From Candidatus Bathyarchaeia archaeon (GTDB lineage: Archaea; Thermoproteota; Bathyarchaeia; Bathyarchaeales; Bathyarchaeaceae): DNA of 58,677 nucleotides. The position numbers and the translations under genes are program-made. Location: contig JBHIEV010000002.1 of assembly GCA_046760805.1 (NCBI GenBank), positions 1-58,677 of the forward strand, given 5' to 3'. Of this stretch, positions 19,743 to 28,843 are shown piece by piece (within the stretch, counting starts at the first letter, position 1; every line of letters begins with the position of its first letter). The notes under the pieces were generated by a model. The model was given only the letters and a program-made list of their open reading frames with translations. It had not been told where the DNA came from and made no database searches.

Positions 19743-21149
19743 ATGGATGGAGTGAATAGCGAAGCTACTAAAGCCCTCGTCTTGGCAGCTGGAGAAGGAA
19801 GCCGACTGAGAAAATACGCAAAGCAAAAAACACTCCACCACATTGCAGGTGTGCCGTTGCTAGGAAGAATCCTTCAAGGTCTTAAGGAAGCCGGAATAAA
19901 CAGCGTCTACATAGTCATAGGGTATGAAGGAGACGAGATACGCCGAGAGATCGGCGAGAATTATGCAGGACTTGACATCACCTACATAACGGCCAAAAAC
20001 TGGGAAAAAGGAAACCTGTACTCTTTTCTTGCCGCAAAACGTGTTTTCAAAAAGGATTTTATTCTTTGTATGGGTGACCACATTTTTGACAGCCAAATCG
20101 TGAAAAACCTCATCAACGCCAATCTTAATGGTGCTCTTGTTCTGGCTGTTGATAGAGTTGGGTACGCATTCGATGACACAAAAGTGCGAGAGCACGATGG
20201 AATGATCCTCAACATCGGCAAGCACATAAATCCTTCAAACTGCGTAGACACCGGATTTTTCCTCTGCTCGCCTAGAATATTCTCGTACGCCGAAAGAGCT
20301 GCAAAGCGAGGAGCATCAGAACTTGCCGACTGTATTCCGCTTGCCGCCCAAAACAAAGATGCACAGGTGCTTGACATAGGTGGGCACTACTGGGTAGACG
20401 TAGACACCAAAAAAGACCTCGAACGTGCAAAACAATTACTTGCTAAACGCTCGCAGAAGAAGCGTGGCGCATCTGATCTCATAGCCCACTATATTAACAG
20501 ACCGATAGAAAATGCAATTATCTGTCACATATCGGATTCTTGGATAACCCCCAACCAGATTACAATCTTAACAAATGTGTTAGCTTATCTCACGGCAGCT
20601 CTATTCCTTTTCGGTCATCTCTTAATCGGGTCATTTCTAACGTTTGTTGTAGGCGTCATAGATGGGTTGGATGGCAAATTAGCTAGGATACGTGGACAGA
20701 CAACAAGACTCGGGCGTATGGAACACTTGTTTGATCTGTTGTTTGAGTTTTCATGGCTGATAGCCCTTGCCGTATTCTTAAGCCGAAGCGGAGACTCGTT
20801 ACCGCTCTTGCTCGTTGCCTCCTCCATTACACTTATTGCGTTCTATAGGTTTTGCTACGACCAATTCAGTAGAACGATGGGCGTTAGTTTAGATGTGTAT
20901 GGGCGGTTTGAACGTGCCTTCAGGAGAGTCGCTGGCAGGAGAAACATATACAACGTTTACATTCTGATAGGAGTTCTTTTGGGAGTGCCGCTTTACTCAT
21001 TGATGGGAATCCTATTTCACTCGGCCCTAACCGCAGTGGTATATGCCTCTAGAGCAGCTATACATCTACACGCCATTGACAAAAAAGAACAGACACACAC
21101 GCTAGAAACAAAGGCGCTGGAGCATGGTTTGTCTAGTCATTCACCCTAA
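19743..21149 (+). CDS. Fusion of a sugar-phosphate nucleotidyltransferase with a CDP-alcohol phosphatidyltransferase, resembling IPCT/DIPPS (di-myo-inositol-phosphate synthesis)
   Basis: The N-terminal NTP-transferase loop is LAAGEGSRLR. The C-terminal membrane domain carries the CDP-OH-P motif DGLDGKLARIRGQTTRLGRMEHLFDLLFE (D-G-x2-A-R...G-x3-D-x3-D). Confidence 0.65.
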   Translation: MDGVNSEATKALVLAAGEGSRLRKYAKQKTLHHIAGVPLLGRILQGLKEAGINSVYIVIGYEGDEIRREIGENYAGLDITYITAKNWEKGNLYSFLAAKRVFKKDFILCMGDHIFDSQIVKNLINANLNGALVLAVDRVGYAFDDTKVREHDGMILNIGKHINPSNCVDTGFFLCSPRIFSYAERAAKRGASELADCIPLAAQNKDAQVLDIGGHYWVDVDTKKDLERAKQLLAKRSQKKRGASDLIAHYINRPIENAIICHISDSWITPNQITILTNVLAYLTAALFLFGHLLIGSFLTFVVGVIDGLDGKLARIRGQTTRLGRMEHLFDLLFEFSWLIALAVFLSRSGDSLPLLLVASSITLIAFYRFCYDQFSRTMGVSLDVYGRFERAFRRVAGRRNIYNVYILIGVLLGVPLYSLMGILFHSALTAVVYASRAAIHLHAIDKKEQTHTLETKALEHGLSSHSP

Positions 21150-21312
21150 TTTATTTTGTGTTCCATACGACACGACCCTCCCTAATCCAAACTCTTCTCT
21201 TCACATCGACCGCTGGAGAATCAGCTAAATAACCTAGTACCAACATGTGTGCGCACTTCTTATATCATACTGAGAATCAACAAGAGACTGAGAAACTAGA
21301 AATCCCATTCGC

Positions 21313-22416
21313 TCATATTCGCGCGCAACTGATTTTCAAAGGTCCTCTGCTAAAGTTTTTTTCTTCCTCCCGAATCGCATCTTTCAGATCAGTAGCCGCG
21401 TCCTCAGGTCTCACCGTGTTAATGAACATACCAGAGCTCTTTTCAAACCCAGCCCAGATGGCTAATTTCGGGTAAACCTCCAGATGCCAATGATAGCACT
21501 TGCGATACTGCCGACTCGGGGAAATATGAAATCCGAAGTTGTATGGAGGGTCATTCAGTAGAGAGTTTAATCCCCCAAGAGACAACCTCAAAGCTATACC
21601 GAAGTCTTCGACCTCAGCATCGGATATATCTAGTAACGTTGGTTGGTGTCTTTTTGGAGCAATCCAGAACTCCAACGGTTGCACACTTGCCCATGGGGCG
21701 AAAATGACAAAACTCTTGTTCTCCCAGATAAATCGTTGGCTGTTCTTCTCTCTTCTTATGATATCGCAGAATGCGCATTTTTTGTTTTCTGCCCTGAATT
21801 TTCTGCACGCATTCAGTTCTTCCTCCAAGATCGCCGGAACGAATGGGGCAGCAATTATTTGAGAGTGAGCGTGAGAAAGAGAAGCACCAGCCTCTTGCCC
21901 ATGGTTTCTAAAGATCGAAACATACCTAACATACGCCTTTGAGGATAAAGCCTTCAACCGATCAAGATACGCGTTGATTACGTGGGTTAGCTGCGAAATT
22001 CGCGCTACGCCGGGATGCTCGTTATGGTTAGGTGATTCGATGAGGACTTCATGGTGACCGATGGCTCTAGCGAGGAAGGGACTCTCTTTGATCTCTACTT
22101 TCTCTGGACTTTCAGGAGGGGTGAAGGCGGGGTAAAGGTTTGGTACACACCTCACTATCCAGCCTTTGTGGCGGAAGCTGTTTTGATCTTTCTCCTTCTT
22201 TATCTTGCCATTCTTTGAAGGAATGTATACTAGGACGGCTGGTGGGGTCATGCGTTCATTTCCTGGACAGAGCGGGCATGTGTCTATCTTTCTTTTTTCT
22301 TGTTTCTTCCTTGCGAAGTCTGTTGGTCGTCGCTTTCTCTCTGTGGCAATGACTGTCCATCGGTCTAGAAGGTAGTCCTTGCGTATCTCATTTGTTGACA
22401 GCCATATCCCGCCCAA
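21313..22416 (-). CDS. galT: Galactose-1-phosphate uridylyltransferase-family (HIT superfamily, GalT-like) nucleotidyltransferase
   Basis: It has the zinc-site CPLCPGNE and the active-site SLSHAHSQIIA (H-x-H-x-Q). TTG start, 12 nt downstream of the glycosyltransferase gene. Confidence 0.8.
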   Translation of the reverse strand: MGGIWLSTNEIRKDYLLDRWTVIATERKRRPTDFARKKQEKRKIDTCPLCPGNERMTPPAVLVYIPSKNGKIKKEKDQNSFRHKGWIVRCVPNLYPAFTPPESPEKVEIKESPFLARAIGHHEVLIESPNHNEHPGVARISQLTHVINAYLDRLKALSSKAYVRYVSIFRNHGQEAGASLSHAHSQIIAAPFVPAILEEELNACRKFRAENKKCAFCDIIRREKNSQRFIWENKSFVIFAPWASVQPLEFWIAPKRHQPTLLDISDAEVEDFGIALRLSLGGLNSLLNDPPYNFGFHISPSRQYRKCYHWHLEVYPKLAIWAGFEKSSGMFINTVRPEDAATDLKDAIREEEKNFSRGPLKISCARI

Positions 22417-22428
22417 GAAGGTGATTGG

Positions 22429-23691
22429 TCAGCTTTGGGGTTTGGACTCTAGGAGCTGTTCATAAAGCCGAATAGTCCTTTCAGCGGCTGTGTCCCATGT
22501 GAACTCTTCAAGAACTCTCTTTCTACCATTCTTACCTAGTTCTATTCGCTTTTGGGGGTCTTTTATGGCATTTGTGATCCCCCAAGCGATGTCCGCTGGG
22601 TCGTTTGGATTTACGTGGAAGCCACATTGGTTTGGACCGCTTGGAACAACACTCTCTCTCATCCCGCTGATGCCTGCGGCTCCGACGACCACTGGTTTTT
22701 CCATGCTCATCGCTTCCAATGCAACTATGCCGAAGGGTTCGTAAAGGCTTGGGAAGACGGCAACGTCGCAGGCTGCGTAATGGGCTATGCGCTCCTCTTC
22801 CGGTACGAATTCAAAGCGGAACTTCACGGAGTCTTGGAGTTTCAATTTTCTCACGAGACCTTCTAAGTAGTCCTGCATGTCTCCAAGACCGACGATCACA
22901 AGCTTCGCGTCGGGAATGTCTTTCAAGATCTGGGGCATTGCTCTGATCAATTTGTCTACGCCTTTGATGTAGACGAGTCTGCCGACAAAGAGCGCCATCA
23001 AATCGTCATCTTTGACTTGGTATCTCTGCCTAACGTCTCGGATGGTATCTTGGCTTACGGCTTTAGGAGAATACTTCTCTGGATCCACTCCGTTATAGCA
23101 CACTTGGACTTTCTCCGGGTGAAAATCCGCTTTTACGAGCTCGTCCACCATTGCGTAGGATACTGTGATTACCATGTCCGCCATCTCTCCGCCACGATGT
23201 TCAATGTTGGTTACCACGTCGGATCCGTTGCCCATTGTTCTTCCTCTTTCAGATGAGTGTATGTGGAAGACGAAGGGTAGGTTGAGTTCTTTTTTGACTG
23301 CGGTGCCTGAAATTGCTGAGAGCCAGTCGTGGGCGACGACTATGTCGTATTGGAAGTTTTCTAGGCGGACAAGCTCGTTTATTAGTTTTGATGCGCTCAG
23401 GTAGTTGTATACGAGGATTTTGGAGAATAGTTCTATTCCTCTACCCCACTTTTTGACGTCTTCAGCTATGACGTCAGGGAGGGAGTCAGAGATGTCTATG
23501 TGGCGTGGTCTGTGGATCTCCATACCTCGCCACAGCTCTCTTGTAGGTAGACTTCCCTCGTCGTCGTTCATGGTAAAGATGGTTACGTCGTGACCCATCA
23601 AAACGAACTTTCTAGTGATCTCTGCAGCGTAGGTTCCTAGACCCCCAACGATTTTTGGAGGATACTCATAAACAAGCACCGCAATCTTCAT
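22429..23691 (-). CDS. GT-B fold glycosyltransferase, glycogen-synthase-like
   Basis: The N-terminus is MKIAVLVYEYPPKIVGGLGTYAAEITRKFVLMGHDVTIFT and the E-x7-E region is PSLYEPFGIVALEAMSMEKPVV. Confidence 0.8.
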   Translation of the reverse strand: MKIAVLVYEYPPKIVGGLGTYAAEITRKFVLMGHDVTIFTMNDDEGSLPTRELWRGMEIHRPRHIDISDSLPDVIAEDVKKWGRGIELFSKILVYNYLSASKLINELVRLENFQYDIVVAHDWLSAISGTAVKKELNLPFVFHIHSSERGRTMGNGSDVVTNIEHRGGEMADMVITVSYAMVDELVKADFHPEKVQVCYNGVDPEKYSPKAVSQDTIRDVRQRYQVKDDDLMALFVGRLVYIKGVDKLIRAMPQILKDIPDAKLVIVGLGDMQDYLEGLVRKLKLQDSVKFRFEFVPEEERIAHYAACDVAVFPSLYEPFGIVALEAMSMEKPVVVGAAGISGMRESVVPSGPNQCGFHVNPNDPADIAWGITNAIKDPQKRIELGKNGRKRVLEEFTWDTAAERTIRLYEQLLESKPQS

Positions 23692-23923
23692 TTCATTCCT
23701 CTCCTAAAGCGTTCCATACCAGATTCATATGATCAGATGAGAGCCCTCTATCCAAACCTCTTTCCCTACTATCTTGGTGCCTTTTGGTATATTGTAATCT
23801 CTATAACTCTGAGACACTCATATTTAAGAGGTTTGAATCATGGATACTCGAAGATAGTTCATCTCTACACCAGAAACCTTGTGATCTACAGGCTCATAAT
23901 CGTTGGTTATAGAACTTGGCTAT

Positions 23924-24241
23924 TCACGTGACCAAGACGCAGTGTGGTAACTGGCCTTCTGACGGAAGTCTTCCTTGGCTGACTCTTGATTTTTCTACGA
24001 TGGCCAGCTTCGCCTTGTTCTTCTTCGCATGCATAGCATGGAGATAGCTGTGTAGAACCACTTCGTCACCAATACGTACTGTTGGAAGGCGGTTTACTTT
24101 AATGGCAGAGGCCCAGTCGTTCAGCATTTTCGAATATACTTTTAGCGTAGGATCAGTAGCGCTTGAATTCTCAGTGAATGCCGTTAAGACTCCGTAAACC
24201 GAACAACGCATCTCCTCCCTTTCTGCGCGCACACAGTTCAT
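23924..24241 (-). CDS. Hypothetical protein, translationally coupled to 24238..24834
   Basis: An ATGA start/stop overlap occurs at 24238-24241. I recognise no family. Confidence 0.35.
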   Translation of the reverse strand: MNCVRAEREEMRCSVYGVLTAFTENSSATDPTLKVYSKMLNDWASAIKVNRLPTVRIGDEVVLHSYLHAMHAKKNKAKLAIVEKSRVSQGRLPSEGQLPHCVLVT

Positions 24242-24834
24242 GTTCTCTTAGCCCCACAGTTCGGACAAAACGTTGACGATTCAGTCATGAGAGCACCACA
24301 GTATTCGCACCTTATCATAACAACCTCCCTGGTTATAACTTCCCTTTCTCTCGCAATAGGCGCAGAAGGTGGTGGAGTTTCACGCGTGCTGATCTGATCC
24401 TGAATTAAACGGGCAAAGGTTTTCGCATCAGCTGAATCATCGGCTGTCATCCAAAGTTCAGGCGGGGACCCGACCGCGTTAATCCGATAGTAGGCCGGTC
24501 TATAGGCGAGTCCTATCACTATTAGAATAAGTCCAACAACGAATAATAGAGCACTTGTCTCAAAGCCGCCACCGAGGTATGAAGCAACTACATATAGTAT
24601 AGCCCCGAGAAAGGATACTAGTATTCCCCAAATGGTCACCTTGATAAATGACTGACGCTCATATGATGAGCCGATAATGTGAGTATAAGTTAGTGAGTGA
24701 AATTTCTCGCCTGCTAGAATACTTCTATTATGTCTGATAACTCGCTTATTTGTGGCATACAAAGTTCCACTCTGTTTTGCTTTGGCAGAAGCGAGAATCG
24801 TTTCATCTTTCAGAAGGAAATCATCAATCGGCAT
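24238..24834 (-). CDS. Membrane protein with a bacterial-PH-like N-terminal domain, two TM helices and a C-terminal zinc ribbon
   Basis: The bPH-like segment is LKDETILASAKAKQSGTLYATNKRVI. It has two hydrophobic helices and the C-terminal ribbon CEYCGALMTESSTFCPNCG. Confidence 0.5.
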   Translation of the reverse strand: MPIDDFLLKDETILASAKAKQSGTLYATNKRVIRHNRSILAGEKFHSLTYTHIIGSSYERQSFIKVTIWGILVSFLGAILYVVASYLGGGFETSALLFVVGLILIVIGLAYRPAYYRINAVGSPPELWMTADDSADAKTFARLIQDQISTRETPPPSAPIAREREVITREVVMIRCEYCGALMTESSTFCPNCGAKRT

Positions 24835-24908
24835 CAGAATGCAGACTCCAATTCGAATAATATTTATGCTGAGAACTTCTTTCTTAAGTGCTTTATGCGG
24901 GCGCGCAT

Positions 24909-25562
24909 CTATTTTTTGATGTTTCTTAGTGTTGTTTTGATTGCGATTTCGATGGCTTTGGTTGTTGTTTCTAGGTTCATGCTGGGTATCTTTCCCTTTC
25001 TTGCCTTCTGCAGTTGTGCGGCTTGGAATGGTAGGCTAGGGACGTGGATGAATCCTGCATGTGTGTCTAGTTTGTGTTTGTGAATTTTGTGCATTGTGTG
25101 GTAGAATAGTTGGTTGCATCCGAAGGTGCCCGCAGTGTAGGAGATTTCTGCTGGGATGTTGTTTTCTCGGAGTTTGTTGAGTATTTCTCGTATGTGTAGG
25201 GTTGTGAAGTATGCTGCTGGTGCGTTTGGTTCTAGAGTTTGGTCTTTTGGGCGTGTTCCGCAGTTGTATATGATAGAGGACTCGGTTAGGTCTGCGAAGT
25301 TTAAGGCAGCCTTTTCCAGCGAAATGTGGGGGCGGTAGGATTGTCCCATGTTGATTAAGACTGCTGGCTTCTGAGCGTCTATTATTCGCGTGATTGTGGG
25401 CTTAATCTTCTTGTATGCTAGTGGGATCTGGAAGGACTTGACCTTGAAAGAGTCTATCTCTCTGCCTTCGAAGGTCTTTGCGGTTTCCCATGAGGGGTTT
25501 ATAGTGAAGTCGGCGTAGGGTTCAAAACCAGTCAAGACTACAATCTCATTTGGGTTGGGCAT
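24909..25562 (-). CDS. pcp: Pyroglutamyl-peptidase I (peptidase C15)
   Basis: Motifs VLTGFEPYADFTINPS and the nucleophile region GTFGCNQLFY are present, along with FIHVP. Confidence 0.85.
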   Translation of the reverse strand: MPNPNEIVVLTGFEPYADFTINPSWETAKTFEGREIDSFKVKSFQIPLAYKKIKPTITRIIDAQKPAVLINMGQSYRPHISLEKAALNFADLTESSIIYNCGTRPKDQTLEPNAPAAYFTTLHIREILNKLRENNIPAEISYTAGTFGCNQLFYHTMHKIHKHKLDTHAGFIHVPSLPFQAAQLQKARKGKIPSMNLETTTKAIEIAIKTTLRNIKK

Positions 25563-25637
25563 ATTGGAGTCACCGACCTAATCTCCTCTATGTGGGTCCT
25601 TGAAGACTGATAACTCTATCTCTGCCGAGCAATTATG

Positions 25638-25973
25638 CTAGGAAGGGGAGAGCAGTTGTTTCCTTGCCGTTAGTAGTGCTGAGTGTTTGGGGTGGAAGGA
25701 GAGGGTGAATAGAAGGCTCTTCATGCTCTCGCAGATGTCTTTCTCTCTGAGAGCCTTTTGGGAGTCGCAGTAGATGGGAATCTTTTCTGGGTCATCTTCC
25801 CTTGCGTAGTAGACATATGTTGGGAAAGCCTTTGTTGTGTGGATGATTTGGATTTGCAGTTTTAGAGCTTCGGCGATTTTTGAGGCTGCTGATTTTATTG
25901 CTTCTAGTCGTTCTTGTCTGTCTGTGGCTTGGGGGGTGTAGATTAGGAGTTTTCCGTTGAGCACGGGGTTCAC
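25638..25973 (-). CDS. Hypothetical protein
   Basis: It is a 111-aa ORF with a GTG start and no recognisable motif. Confidence 0.3.
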   Translation of the reverse strand: MNPVLNGKLLIYTPQATDRQERLEAIKSAASKIAEALKLQIQIIHTTKAFPTYVYYAREDDPEKIPIYCDSQKALREKDICESMKSLLFTLSFHPKHSALLTARKQLLSPS

Positions 25974-26126
25974 TGTGTAAGTGCCTTGCTTGTTTGGTTT
26001 TTAGGGTTGTTGATGTATGTGATGAGGGTAGAGTACGGAGAGTGGTGGGTGAAAGTGACTTTGCACCACAAAAACTAGTCCTAAGCCGCGCGAGTTTGGC
26101 GGGGTTAGGTTAAATGCGGTCTTTGG

Positions 26127-26146
26127 TTTTTTCCTTTTGGAAAAAA
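26127..26146. terminator. A/T-only palindromic hairpin TTTTTTCC-TTTT-GGAAAAAA, bidirectional terminator-like
   Basis: It has perfect 8-bp arms and presents a T-run on both strands. It sits within a 490-bp ORF-free region. Confidence 0.35.
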
Positions 26147-26463
26147 GCTCGTTTTCAACATATGTCCTTTATTAGGATCCAAATATGATTGTCACTGCGC
26201 TCGTGAGCAAGTCTAAGGCATATTACAGGTTTTCGCTCGAAAGAAGTGGGGGGTAGCGGTTTGGTCTGGTAGTGGGCTGTCAAGATCTGGTTTCTGCGCG
26301 ATATGATTCTTCAACTCTGTCCTCGGGGCATTATGTAGTCGTTATGGGACTCATTCCTGAATGTAATCCTCCCCTTTTTGTATGCACACACTAACTTCTA
26401 AAAATGCTTGCGCGACGTGGGTGTATTTGGATCGGCTAGGGCATTCTGGACGTCTTCTGAATC

Positions 26464-27390
26464 TCAGGATAGGAACAAGATGGCGACTCCGATGACTGCC
26501 ACTATGGCCCCTAGTATCCCCCGCAAGCTAGTTCTCTGTCCGTAGAGCACCCATACCACCGGGATGATGAGGACAGGCATTAATGACATTAATGTTTGAG
26601 CGGTGCCTGCTTCGGTGTAGGCTACGGCGACCATGGAAAGCGTTACGCCCATGAACGGCCCAATAAACGCGCCGGCAGCAGTGTACTTGATTCCCCTTCG
26701 GTTCTTTAGGGCTTTGTGTAACTCTTTTAGTTTTCCTGTGATCAGTGCGCAGATCCACACGAACACCGCTCCTAGGGTCATACGTATTAGTGCGGCAGAT
26801 AACGGGTTCAGCATGCTGTTCGGGTCAAGATAGATTCCCTTCTTCGCGAAAACGAGACCGATTCCTTGACCGACTGCCCCAACTAAGGCGAGCGACACGC
26901 CCCAGATCTTTTGCCTCTTTGATGTAGCCTCTTCTTCTGAAGACTCTTTCTTTTCCAGTATGACTGCAGTGACGCCGGTGAGTGTTGTGGCGATTCCTAT
27001 TGTGGCTAGTGATGGGATTATCTCCGCCAACATCAAGTATGCTGTTATGGACGCAAATATTGGTGATAATGCCATTACAAGAACTGATCGCCTCGGACCG
27101 ATGAGGACAAAGGCCGCAAACAGTCCGAAGTCGCCTATGCCGAGGCCGACAATTCCACTCAGCCCTATCCAGAGCAAATGCTCATTGGTTGCTACTGGAA
27201 ATAGGGTACCTAGCAGGAGAGAGTGTGTAATAGCTAGAAGACCAACGGCTATGACTATTCGATAAGCGTTGACGCTGAATGAGCCGATTCGTTTGCCTGC
27301 TGAGGTGAATAGTATAGAGTTGAATGTCCAAAGGCATGAAGTGAGTATTGCAGCGGTTTCTCCGATGATTTCTGAGATCATAGTCTTCAC
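26464..27390 (-). CDS. EamA/DMT-superfamily transporter
   Basis: It has about 10 TM helices arranged as two EamA-like repeats separated by a charged loop (KKESSEEEATSKRQK). Confidence 0.8.
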   Translation of the reverse strand: MKTMISEIIGETAAILTSCLWTFNSILFTSAGKRIGSFSVNAYRIVIAVGLLAITHSLLLGTLFPVATNEHLLWIGLSGIVGLGIGDFGLFAAFVLIGPRRSVLVMALSPIFASITAYLMLAEIIPSLATIGIATTLTGVTAVILEKKESSEEEATSKRQKIWGVSLALVGAVGQGIGLVFAKKGIYLDPNSMLNPLSAALIRMTLGAVFVWICALITGKLKELHKALKNRRGIKYTAAGAFIGPFMGVTLSMVAVAYTEAGTAQTLMSLMPVLIIPVVWVLYGQRTSLRGILGAIVAVIGVAILFLS

Positions 27391-27513
27391 TGACTGTCAA
27401 TGCGAAATGGTTCTGGCAGTCTTAAGCCTTTTTGCTATGGAGTTCAAGCATGCATGAATCTCCAATACATAAATGATAAATGGTTTACGGCTTAACTCGG
27501 AAGGGGAAATCTC

Positions 27514-27783
27514 ATGGATTTGGAGAGTTTGGCCATAACATTGATGGTAACCGTAGGAACATTAGTGGTCTTAGCACGCTCGCGCGAATACAAAACATCT
27601 GGGTCCTTTCTTGGAATGGGCATCATTTGGCTCCTTGCGGCACTACTCTACAGTCTCTTCAAAGGGAACTACTCTTTCGACACCAACACACCACTCTTCA
27701 ACATTGGACTGATATTCACGATTGCAGGCGGTGCTGGTTTAACCATCCAATATCTTAGGGAAGTAAGGAATAGACCGTTCTAG
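27514..27783 (+). CDS. Small hypothetical membrane protein
   Basis: It is an 89-aa ORF with three hydrophobic segments. An alternative overlapping ORF 27480..27758 is less membrane-like. Confidence 0.3.
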   Translation: MDLESLAITLMVTVGTLVVLARSREYKTSGSFLGMGIIWLLAALLYSLFKGNYSFDTNTPLFNIGLIFTIAGGAGLTIQYLREVRNRPF

Positions 27784-27804
27784 CATACATGTAAGCACAC
27801 TCCA

Positions 27805-28569
27805 TTATCCAATCTGAAAGATCTCTTTTGTGTTCCTCGCGGTTGCCTCGGCTACTTCACTCAAAGAGACTCCCTTAAGCTCAGCAATTTTCCTAGCTAC
27901 AAAAGGCAGGAAGGCAGGCTCATTTCGTTTGCCCCGCATCTCCTGTGGAGCAAGCCAAGGACTATCAGTCTCGAGAAGAATCTTGCGCAGGTCAGTCCAT
28001 CTGGCAATCTCCTGCAATCTAAGAGCGTTTGGATAGGTCACGGATCCCGCAAAAGATACATAAAAACCAGACCTAAGACACCGCTCAGCCATCTCTTTGC
28101 TGCCTGAGAAGCAGTGCATCACACCCTCCACTCTTCCCTCGAACCTCAAAAGAACATCCAGAACCTCTCCGTGCGCCTCCCTATCATGAACCACAACAGG
28201 CAACCCGAACTCCTCAGCAAGATCTAATTGCGCCTCAAAGGCACTTCTCTGAGAGTCTCTAGGTGACAAGTTCCGATAGAAATCCAATCCGATCTCGCCG
28301 ATAGCCACAACTTTCGCACACCCAGCCAGCCTCCTCAGCTCATCCAAGACAACATCATTGAACTGACTGGCATTATGAGGATGAACTCCCACCGTAGCAT
28401 AAACCCCCCTATACCTTTCAGCTAACTCAACAGCCCTCCTACTGCCATCAACATCAAACCCAACATTCACAATACACTCCACACCAGCCTCTCTCGCCCG
28501 ACCTATCACCTCCTCCCGATCCCCATCAAAACTCGCCCACTGAAGATGAGCGTGACTATCAACCAACAT
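27805..28569 (-). CDS. tatD: TatD-family metal-dependent hydrolase/DNase
   Basis: Motifs MLVDSHAHL, IGEIGLD, HCFSGS and ETDSPWL are present. I set the start at ATG 28569. Confidence 0.85.
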   Translation of the reverse strand: MLVDSHAHLQWASFDGDREEVIGRAREAGVECIVNVGFDVDGSRRAVELAERYRGVYATVGVHPHNASQFNDVVLDELRRLAGCAKVVAIGEIGLDFYRNLSPRDSQRSAFEAQLDLAEEFGLPVVVHDREAHGEVLDVLLRFEGRVEGVMHCFSGSKEMAERCLRSGFYVSFAGSVTYPNALRLQEIARWTDLRKILLETDSPWLAPQEMRGKRNEPAFLPFVARKIAELKGVSLSEVAEATARNTKEIFQIG

Positions 28570-28843
28570 ACTCCAGATCTCCCAAACCAAAGGCAATCCA
28601 CGCAGTTGTTTCGTTAATAGCGAATCTATTTAAACTCAAGCGAAACACCCTTTAAAGGTCAGCGAGACTGACTTCGTCCGCCCAGACTTCACAATCATGT
28701 ACCAAGGCGAAGAATAGTGCAGATCCCACCCCCACCGTTTTAGCCTCTTTTGAAGAAGAAAGCATTTTGTGCATATTTGTCCAGATCAGGATGAAATCTT
28801 TCATATCGCTTTGAATTGAAGCTCTTGGCGTTTGTTGCCGGCA

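Noticed and set aside
26019-26025. A C-box-like GTGATGA, suggesting a C/D box sRNA
   Set aside because: No CTGA D box, C' box or D' box occurs at the appropriate 50-70 nt spacing on that strand.
26247-26280. A tRNA-like string, GGGGGGTAGCGGTTTGGTCTGGTAGTGGGC
   Set aside because: It superficially resembles an acceptor/D-arm start. However, no complementary D-stem, anticodon arm, T-arm (GTTCRANYC) or 3' acceptor strand follows, so it is not a tRNA.
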